Positions 55,111 through 62,882 of a stretch of 64,000 nt of DNA are shown here, in pieces (position 1 is the first letter of the stretch; each line of letters starts with the position of its first letter). Location: NCBI RefSeq assembly GCF_044324785.1, contig NZ_CP172127.1, one strand, 5' to 3'. The notes beneath the pieces are model-generated. The model made no database searches. It was given only the letters and a program-made list of their open reading frames with translations, and was not told where the DNA came from. The position numbers and the translations under genes are program-made. Source of the DNA: Escherichia coli (GTDB lineage: Bacteria; Pseudomonadota; Gammaproteobacteria; Enterobacterales; Enterobacteriaceae).

Positions 55111-56505
55111 ATGAATAAGTTACTTTTGGGTTTATCTCTTTTTTTATTACTGGAATACAATGCGTGTGCAGCAAAAACAGGGGGGCTAACGCTTGAACAA
55201 AGAATGGCATTGCTGGAAGAACGCCTGGAAGCTGCAGAAAAAAGGGCGGAAAAAGCAGAAAGAATGTTAAAGAGTTTTGATATAGAACAACATTCTGAAA
55301 TACGTCAAATTAGTTCAGAGCAGAATAAAAAAGATGCTAACAGCTATGCAGTAGTTGAGTCAACAAAAGAAAAAACATCTTCTCCAGGTTTTCTGCTCTC
55401 TGGTTACAATGATTTGAAGTTTTATGGTGATGTGGAGTTTAATATAGATGCTGCCAGTAAACCCGGTCAGTTAGTAATGATAAGTTCCGGGGCGAACAGT
55501 GAGTCAGTGAATGAACGGTGGGACCTTAATGGCCGTATTCTATTAGGTTTTGACGGTACCCGTAAGCTTGATAATGGTTATTTCGCTGGATTTTCAGCAC
55601 AACCACTGGCGGATATGCACGGTTCAGTGAATATTGATGATGCATTATTCTTTTTTGGAAAAGATGACGAGTGGAAAGTGAAAGTCGGTCGTTTTGAAGC
55701 TTACGATATGTTCCCTCTAAATCAGGATACTTTCATTGAGTATTCCGGTAATACAGCTAATGATATTTATGCTGATGGCCGTGGTTATATCTATATGATG
55801 AAAGAGGGACGCGGTCGTTCTGACGCTGGTGGTAATTTCCTCATCAGTAAACAACTCGATAACTGGTATTTTGAGTTAAACACGTTACTTGAAGACGGAA
55901 CATCTTTATATAATAACGGTAATTATCATGGACGATATATGGAGCAGCAGAAAAATGTCGCTTATCTGCGCCCGGTAATTGCCTGGTCGCCAACGGAAGA
56001 ATTCACAGTCTCCGCAGCGATGGAAGCGAACGTGGTAAAAAATGCTTATGGCTATACCGATAATAAGGGGAATTTTGTCGATCAGTCCAATCGTTCCGGT
56101 TATGGTATTAGCATGACATGGAACGGTCTGAAAACAGATCCGGAAAATGGCATCGTGGTTACTCTTAATACCGCCTATTTGGATGCCAGTAATGAGAAAG
56201 ATTTCACTGCCAGTATTAATGCTCTGTGGAAACGTTTCGAACTGGGTTATATCTACGCACATAATAAGATTGATGAATTTAGTGGTGTCGTGTGTAATAA
56301 TGGTTGCTGGATTGATGGTGAAGGAATATACAACATTCACACCATTCATGCATCTTATCAGTTTGCTAATGTGATGGATATGGAGAACTTTAATATTTAC
56401 CTCGGGGCTTATTACTCAATTCTGGATAGTAACTGTAGATATAGTAATTGTGACATTACCGATGATCGTTACGGTGCCCGATTACGTTTCAAATACTTTT
56501 TTTGA
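55111..56505 (+). CDS. rafY: Raffinose glycoporin RafY
   Basis: 464-aa protein with signal peptide, N-terminal coiled-coil (LEERLEAAEKRAEKAERMLK) and beta-rich body ending in an aromatic residue (RFKYFF), typical of outer-membrane porins. Confidence 0.8.
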   Translation: MNKLLLGLSLFLLLEYNACAAKTGGLTLEQRMALLEERLEAAEKRAEKAERMLKSFDIEQHSEIRQISSEQNKKDANSYAVVESTKEKTSSPGFLLSGYNDLKFYGDVEFNIDAASKPGQLVMISSGANSESVNERWDLNGRILLGFDGTRKLDNGYFAGFSAQPLADMHGSVNIDDALFFFGKDDEWKVKVGRFEAYDMFPLNQDTFIEYSGNTANDIYADGRGYIYMMKEGRGRSDAGGNFLISKQLDNWYFELNTLLEDGTSLYNNGNYHGRYMEQQKNVAYLRPVIAWSPTEEFTVSAAMEANVVKNAYGYTDNKGNFVDQSNRSGYGISMTWNGLKTDPENGIVVTLNTAYLDASNEKDFTASINALWKRFELGYIYAHNKIDEFSGVVCNNGCWIDGEGIYNIHTIHASYQFANVMDMENFNIYLGAYYSILDSNCRYSNCDITDDRYGARLRFKYFF

Positions 56506-57005
56506 TGCATAGTAACAAAGTATTGTTCCACACTTACATTAACGCGTTTTTCGGGCGCGTCATCAGCGATGCATACGAATGATCGCAGTCTGCCAATGGT
56601 CGATTTATCTTGGTTGCGCAGGGGCGAGCACCGGGCAGGTACCGGCGGCTGACTCTGAAGCTCTGAGTCGGGTAATTGCGTCAGGTCACGAAGGACTGAC
56701 ACGGGTATTGGTGGCAGGTGATGAAGTACTGAGTGTGGTAATTTCGGGGATGCAATGCAGGAGCTGAGTCAGGTTTGCACTGAGCTGAGGACCCGTAGCG
56801 AGCGGGTTCCTGCTATTTTTCGGTGTCAGGGGCGCAAGTCCCGACGTCGGGACTTGCCGGGAGATTGTCAGGTCATTGACCGGGTGTGAGCGGCTCGACG
56901 TAAGCGGTAGATATGCCCAATTCCCCCCGATAAATTCATTACCAAACACATTATTCAATTTGTTTTTATTTTTCCGCTTTCAGTCATTATCGCTATCGCT
57001 TCGTC

Positions 57006-57071
57006 GGTAATGACTCCAACTTATTGATAGTGTTTTATGTTCAGATAATGCCCGATGACTTTGTCATGCAG
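57006..57071. mobile_element. IS1 terminal fragment (66 bp), truncated by the IS2 insertion
   Basis: ggtaatgactccaacttattgatagtgttttatgttcagataatgcccgatgactttgtcatgcag is identical to the first 66 bp of the complete IS1 at 59354; it abuts the IS2 end directly. Confidence 0.8.
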
Positions 57072-57082
57072 TGGATTTGCCC

Positions 57083-57988
57083 CTATATTTCCAGACACCT
57101 GTTATCACTTAACCCATTACTGGTCCGCTGCCGCAGATATTCCCGTGGCGAGCGATAACCCAGCGCACTATGCGGATGCCATTCGTTATAATGCTCGAAC
57201 GCCTCTGCAAGGTTCTTTGCTGCCGTTAACCCGTCTGGTTTGGGCATGATACTGATGTAGTCACGCTTTATCGTTTTCACGAAGCTCTCTGCTATTCCGT
57301 TACTCTCCGGACTCCGCACCGCCGTGTTCTTCGGTTCAAGTCCCAACATCCGGGCGAACTGGCGTGTTTCATTAGCCCGGTAGCATGAACCATTATCCGT
57401 CAGCCACTCCACTGGAGACGACGGAAGATCGTTGCCGAAGCGGCGTTCCACCGCTCCTGGCATGACGTCCTGTACTGTTTCACTGTTGAAGCCGCCGGTA
57501 GTGACCGCCCAGTGCAGTGCCTCACGATCACAGCAGTCCAGCGCGAACGTGACACGCAGTCTCTCTCCGTTATCACAGCAGAACTCGAACCCGTCAGAGC
57601 ACCATCGCTGATTGCTTTCTTTCACGGCCACTCTGCCAGTATGTGCCCGTTTCGATGGCGGTACAGCGGTTTTTCGCTCAAGCAACAGCGCATTCTGGCG
57701 CATGATCCGGTAAACACGTTTGGCATTGATCGCAGGCATACCATCAAGTTCGGCCTGTCTGCGAAGCAGCGCCCATACCCGACGATAACCATACGTGGGC
57801 AGCTCTCCGATAACATGGTGTATACGGAGAAGCACATCCGTATCATCTGAGTGACGGCTGCGGCGACCATCTTTCCAGTCATCGGTTCGTCTGAGAATTA
57901 CGTGCAACTGCGCACGCGACACCCGGAGACAACGGCTGACTAAGCTTACTCCCCATCCCCGGGCAATAAGGGCGCGTGCGCTATCCAC
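57083..57988 (-). CDS. insD: IS2 transposase OrfB (InsD)
   Basis: 301-aa DDE transposase [30 protein letters not shown]. Confidence 0.92.
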
Positions 57989-58311
57989 TTTTTTGCACGC
58001 CCGTATTCAACGGCTTCTTTAAGGAGTTCATTTTCCATCGTTTTTTTGCCGAGCAGGCGCTGGAGTTCTTTAATCTGCTTCATGGCAGCAGCAAGTTCAG
58101 AGGCAGGAACGACCTGCTCTCCTGCGGCCACAGCAGTAAGACTTCCCTCCTGGTATTGCTTGCGCCAGAGAAATAACTGGCTGGCTGCCACACCGTGTTG
58201 CCGGGCAACAAGGGAGACCGTCATTCCCGGTTCAAAACTCTGCTGAACAATAGCGATCTTTTCCTGTGTAGTACGCCGTCTGCGTTTCTCCGGTCCTAAG
58301 ACATCAATCAT
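57946..58311 (-). CDS. insC: IS2 OrfA (InsC)
   Basis: Start [43 protein letters not shown] protein; 3' end overlaps insD in the programmed frameshift arrangement. Confidence 0.9.
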
Positions 58312-58562
58312 CTGCTCTCCAATGACTAGTCTAAAAACTAGTATTAAGACTATCACTTATTTAAGTGATATTGGTTGTCTGGAGATTCATGGGGCCAGTC
58401 TAGCAGATTATGGTGCGCAGTTATACAACAGCAGTAATGAGGAGTCTACTATTTCTCTTGTTATGCCAGATGCAATTGAATGGAACGGAAAGAATACGCC
58501 AAGACGGCAATACATGATAAAATATATTGCCGTATTTAAATATTAAAATTTATTTTTGTAGA

Positions 58563-58952
58563 TCATCTGAATTTTCGGTGACCTTCAAGTTTTATATCGT
58601 TCATTTTATCCAGAGACTCACGTAATGATTCTATATTCCCGTCCTCAACTTTCTTTTTTGCAATATTGATTTCATGTTGTAGTTTTTTTAACTCTTCCTT
58701 ATAACTATCTACAGAAACTTTATCATTAACATCTATCTTTTCAGGAATAATATTCATAGAAGAATCTACAGATTTATCCATCATTTCAAGAGCATTTAAT
58801 AGTGATGATTTATCATTGGAAGATTGTAGAATACTCATACTTTTGGCAAGAGACTGCATGTTTTTATCCAGGCCGGAAGCCAAAGATACGTTGCTGAGAG
58901 ATAAAAAAATAGCTAGTACAGCACCTGAGAAAAATACCTTTTGTTTTTTCAT
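58563..58952 (-). CDS. Secreted cytochrome b562-like four-helix-bundle protein (divergent CybC homolog)
   Basis: Start MKKQKVFFSGAVLAIFLSLSNVSLA (signal peptide); mature region aligns with cytochrome b562 including the Met heme ligand (SGLDKNM vs ADLEDNM) and C-terminal His (LEGHRKFR vs NAYHQKYR). Confidence 0.6.
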   Translation of the reverse strand: MKKQKVFFSGAVLAIFLSLSNVSLASGLDKNMQSLAKSMSILQSSNDKSSLLNALEMMDKSVDSSMNIIPEKIDVNDKVSVDSYKEELKKLQHEINIAKKKVEDGNIESLRESLDKMNDIKLEGHRKFR

Positions 58953-59368
58953 TAATATATTCCTGTTCAAAGTTGATTATAGTTATGTCAATTTAAGTTT
59001 ATTATTATGATTTTTTATTTTTGTACTATGAATCTCCTGTATGCTTATATGTGCAGAAAATCTCATTTTATCAAGAAGAATATCAAATTTTCTCCGATAC
59101 TTCTACATACTCCATCATTCATGCTCCTTTTATCCGTGCACCGTAAAACCCCGTCCTTCAGCGGGGGATATAAGGCGCTGTTTTCCACCTAACCAGGTGT
59201 CTGCTGCTATTCAATGTATTGGCGGATGACGGATGCCGCCCGTTGAAGCAGGACCCCTCGTCCTTAGGGCGTGGAGGATGTCAAAATGAAAACTTGTGGT
59301 ATGAATCAATCCATTCATCATCCTTTCGGATCATTGCATTCAGTATAACGCTGGGTAATGACTCCAAC

Positions 59369-59872
59369 TTATTGATAGTGTTTTATGTTCAGATAATGCC
59401 CGATGACTTTGTCATGCAGCTCCACCGATTTTGAGAACGACAGCGACTTCCGTCCCAGCCGTGCCAGGTGCTGCCTCAGATTCAGGTTATGCCGCTCAAT
59501 TCGCTGCGTATATCGCTTGCTGATTACGTGCAGCTTTCCCTTCAGGCGGGATTCATACAGCGGCCAGCCATCCGTCATCCATATCACCACGTCAAAGGGT
59601 GACAGCAGGCTCATAAGACGCCCCAGCGTCGCCATAGTGCGTTCACCGAATACGTGCGCAACAACCGTCTTCCGGAGACTGTCATACGCGTAAAACAGCC
59701 AGCGCTGGCGCGATTTAGCCCCGACATAGCCCCACTGTTCGTCCATTTCCGCGCAGACGATGACGTCACTGCCCGGCTGTATGCGCGAGGTTACCGACTG
59801 CGGCCTGAGTTTTTTAAGTGACGTAAAATCGTGTTGAGGCCAACGCCCATAATGCGTGCACTGGCACGACAT
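59369..59872 (-). CDS. insB: IS1 InsB
   Basis: 167 aa, [37 protein letters not shown]. Confidence 0.92.
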   Translation of the reverse strand: MSCQCTHYGRWPQHDFTSLKKLRPQSVTSRIQPGSDVIVCAEMDEQWGYVGAKSRQRWLFYAYDSLRKTVVAHVFGERTMATLGRLMSLLSPFDVVIWMTDGWPLYESRLKGKLHVISKRYTQRIERHNLNLRQHLARLGRKSLSFSKSVELHDKVIGHYLNIKHYQ

Positions 59873-60066
59873 CCGACGCCATTCATGGCCATATCAATGA
59901 TTTTCTGGTGCGTACCGGGTTGAGAGGCGGTGTAAGTGAACTGTAGTTGCCATGTTTTACGGCAATGAGAGCAGAGATAGCGCTGATGTCCGGCAGTGCT
60001 TTTGCCGTTACGCACCACGCCTTCAGGAGCGGAGCAGGAAGGACATCTGATGGAAATGGAAGCCAC
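59791..60066 (-). CDS. insA: IS1 InsA
   Basis: 91 aa, [40 protein letters not shown]. Confidence 0.92.
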   Translation of the reverse strand: MASISIRCPSCSAPEGVVRNGKSTAGHQRYLCSHCRKTWQLQFTYTASQPGTHQKIIDMAMNGVGCRASARIMGVGLNTILRHLKNSGRSR

Positions 60067-60329
60067 GCAAGCACCTTAAAATCACCATCATACACTAAAT
60101 CAGTAAGTTGGCACCATTACCTGACCAAGCTTCCTCTATTGCGGCACCTGATTGCATCAATATCGAAAGTGATAAGATCCTCTCACTAGCAGGGCATGAC
60201 AAGTGTAACTGCTGATTTGTTAGCCTGTTTTAAGTTTTTTAAGATCAATTATTTCTCATTTTTTGACTTTATTGCTAGCCGTGAAAATGCAAAGCCTATA
60301 GGATACAAAAATTACAATTTGTAGGTTTT

Positions 60330-60836
60330 GTGAGTCATATGAAGGCAACCAATATAGACCCTCAACTGCTTGAAAAAGCCACGAGTATCTTTGCTGAGTT
60401 GGGCTTACCTATTGAGCAGGCTATTAACGTCTTTTTAGCTAAATCCGTTCAAGCCAAAGGTTTTCCGTTTTCTGTTGCTCTTGAAAATGAAGTAGAGACA
60501 CGGGAAGTTGCACAAACGCAACACAATATCAGCAATGCAGAGATAACCGAAGCTATCCAAGACTTGGTTGAACATGCTCTACCACTGAGTGAAATAGAAA
60601 ACCTCACGCAGCTAACCTATTGTCGCAACATTTTTGGGTTGTCATTCCCCGTGCTCAAACTGGCTAAATCATCACGGCCAGAAGACATTCGCAGTGCAGC
60701 CAAAGATGCCAAAGAGCGAAACCGCTACTCCACCACTAAAGTGGCCCAGCGAGATGAAAAAACCTATGTTATTTGCACCCAATGGACCGACAGACATCGT
60801 TCTGCATTTTGCCGTTGGCAAGCCATCTTTAGCTAG
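60330..60836 (+). CDS. RelB/DinJ-like ribbon-helix-helix protein with an uncharacterised C-terminal extension
   Basis: N-terminal 50 aa (KATNIDPQLLEKATSIFAELGLPIEQAINVFLAKSVQAKGFPFSV) follow the DinJ pattern; the remaining 110 aa or so are unassigned; alternative ATG start at 60339; AT-rich; no toxin gene adjacent. Confidence 0.5.
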   Translation: MSHMKATNIDPQLLEKATSIFAELGLPIEQAINVFLAKSVQAKGFPFSVALENEVETREVAQTQHNISNAEITEAIQDLVEHALPLSEIENLTQLTYCRNIFGLSFPVLKLAKSSRPEDIRSAAKDAKERNRYSTTKVAQRDEKTYVICTQWTDRHRSAFCRWQAIFS

Positions 60837-60902
60837 AACGCAAAATAATAACCAAACAATACACTGATTTTTTAACGATTTAACTTCATTTAGGTAGTAT
60901 CA

Positions 60903-62882
60903 ATGAACTTACAAGACAAAGAACAAAGCGCCAAACTCTCCAGTGCTATTTGGCGTATGGCAGATGATTTATGGGGTGATTTCAAACACACCGATTTTGC
61001 GCGGATTATCCTGCCATTTTTGCTACTGCGTCGTATTGAATGCGTGTTAGAACCCACCCGTGAGGAAGTTCGTAAGTTCTATCTGGCCGAAAAACAATCC
61101 GGCATAGACCTTGGTTTAGTGTTGCCAGAAATTGCGGGATTCGCCTTTTACAACACCAGTGAATATAGCCTAGAAACCTTAGGCGCGTCAGACACCGGCG
61201 ACAACCTAGAACACTACATCAGCCAGTTCAGCAAAAACGTTCGTACCATCTTTGATGAGTTTAAATTTGGTCAAACCATAGAAGATCTGGAAAAAGCCAA
61301 GTTGCTGTATCGCATGGTAAACCATTTTGCCAACCTCGACTTGCATCCTGATGTAGTGTCTGACCGCGTATTATCAGATGCTTATGAAGAGCTGATTCTA
61401 AAGTTCGCCAGTTCGGTTAATGAAAAGGCCGGGGAATTTATGACCCCGCGTGATGCCGTGCGTCTTGCCACCAAACTGGTGCTGGCGGCGGATGAAGATA
61501 TCTTTAGTGAAAAGGGTGTGATCCGCACCATCTATGACCCAACCTGTGGCACGGGCGGTTTCCTTTCCGATGCCATTAGCCAAATTGAAGAAATGGGCAG
61601 CAGCGCTAAAGTCGTGCCTTTTGGTCAAGAGCTCGACCCCGCGACCCATGCCATGGCGCTGACCAATATGATGATCCGCGGTTTTGATGCCAATAACATC
61701 AAGCAAGGCAACACCTTATCAGACGATCAGTTACGTGCCGACAAGTTTCACTACGGCCTTGCCAACCCGCCATTTGGCATTAAGTGGGAAAAAGCCAAGA
61801 AAGAAGTAGAACGTGAGCACAAACAGCTCAAATACGCCGGACGCTTTGGGCCAGGCCTGCCGAGTATTTCTGATGGTTCAATGCTGTTTTTACTGCACTT
61901 GGTATCAAAAATGGAAACGCCGGAAAATGGTGGTGGCCGAGTGGGTATAGTCCTTTCTGGCTCGCCACTGTTTAATGGCGATGCAGGCTCAGGCCCATCA
62001 GAAATCCGCCGTTGGCTGCTAGAACAAGACTTAGTCGAAGCGATTGTTGCCCTGCCAACCGATATGTTCTTCAACACCGGCATTGGCACCTACATCTGGA
62101 TTTTGACTAACCATAAAGAGCCAAGACGCAAGAATCAGGTGCAACTGATTAACTTGGCAGATATTTGGACTCCCATGCGTAAATCGCAAGGCGATAAGCG
62201 CAAGTACCTGAGTGATGAACAGATTGACGATATTGTCCGTGCGTACGATGGCTTTGAAGCCAGTGACAACTGTAAGATCTTCCAGACTACTGATTTTGCC
62301 TACCGTAAAGTCACCATTCAGCGTCCACTGCGTGCCAAACTAGATATTACCGCTGCGGGCATTGCTGCATTTGTGCAGCAAGATACGTTTAAAAAACTCA
62401 AACCAGAGCAACAAGCGGCATGGGTACAATACCTCACCGATAACCTTGGCCTTCAGCCTTATGAATGGGCACGTTTGGCGGTTAAGAAGAATAACAATAA
62501 GGGTGACTTTGGTAAGTGCTCAAAAGCACTGGCTACGGCCTTAACTGCGCACTTTGTAAAAATTGATCCGCAATTTGAGCCTGCACTGGATGAAAAAGGC
62601 CAAGTGATCGCCGACCCTAAACTCAAAGACACCGAAAGCATTCCTTTTGACCGCGACGTTGAAGATTACTTCGCACAAGAGGTGCTGCCACATGTACCGG
62701 ATGCCTTTATTGATCACTCAGTGCGTGATGAAAAAGACGGCGAAGTGGGCATTGTCGGTTATGAAATTAACTTTAACCGCTATTTCTACCAATACGTGCC
62801 ACCACGCGAGTTGAGTGTGATTGATCGTGAGCTAAAAGCATGTGAAGCGCGCATTCAGGCTCTGCTGAATGAGGTGGCGTAA
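60903..62882 (+). CDS. hsdM: Type I restriction-modification N6-adenine DNA methyltransferase subunit HsdM
   Basis: 659 aa with AdoMet motif YDPTCGTGGFL and catalytic NPPFG; stop overlaps the hsdS start (TAATG). Confidence 0.88.
   Translation: MNLQDKEQSAKLSSAIWRMADDLWGDFKHTDFARIILPFLLLRRIECVLEPTREEVRKFYLAEKQSGIDLGLVLPEIAGFAFYNTSEYSLETLGASDTGDNLEHYISQFSKNVRTIFDEFKFGQTIEDLEKAKLLYRMVNHFANLDLHPDVVSDRVLSDAYEELILKFASSVNEKAGEFMTPRDAVRLATKLVLAADEDIFSEKGVIRTIYDPTCGTGGFLSDAISQIEEMGSSAKVVPFGQELDPATHAMALTNMMIRGFDANNIKQGNTLSDDQLRADKFHYGLANPPFGIKWEKAKKEVEREHKQLKYAGRFGPGLPSISDGSMLFLLHLVSKMETPENGGGRVGIVLSGSPLFNGDAGSGPSEIRRWLLEQDLVEAIVALPTDMFFNTGIGTYIWILTNHKEPRRKNQVQLINLADIWTPMRKSQGDKRKYLSDEQIDDIVRAYDGFEASDNCKIFQTTDFAYRKVTIQRPLRAKLDITAAGIAAFVQQDTFKKLKPEQQAAWVQYLTDNLGLQPYEWARLAVKKNNNKGDFGKCSKALATALTAHFVKIDPQFEPALDEKGQVIADPKLKDTESIPFDRDVEDYFAQEVLPHVPDAFIDHSVRDEKDGEVGIVGYEINFNRYFYQYVPPRELSVIDRELKACEARIQALLNEVA

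Larger units (their letters stand above)
57072..58402 (-). mobile_element. IS2 (IS3 family), complete 1331-bp copy
   Basis: Runs from tggatttgcccctatatttccagaca to ttggttgtctggagattcatggggccagtcta; contains insC and insD. Confidence 0.92.
59354..60121 (-). mobile_element. IS1, complete 768-bp copy
   Basis: Runs from ggtaatgactccaac to gttggcaccattacc; contains insA and insB. Confidence 0.92.

Noticed and set aside
56579-56958. Two overlapping small ORFs (62 aa plus strand, 90 aa minus strand) in the tract after rafY
   Set aside because: No RBS, low-complexity products, and the region is dominated by nucleotide-level repeats and a palindrome; treated as non-coding.
58563-58952. Whether this is simply the native cybC gene
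   Set aside because: The sequence is far more diverged from cytochrome b562 than a strain allele would be and it lies inside the IS-flanked island, so it is reported as a divergent paralog; this rests on recollection of the b562 sequence rather than a computed alignment.
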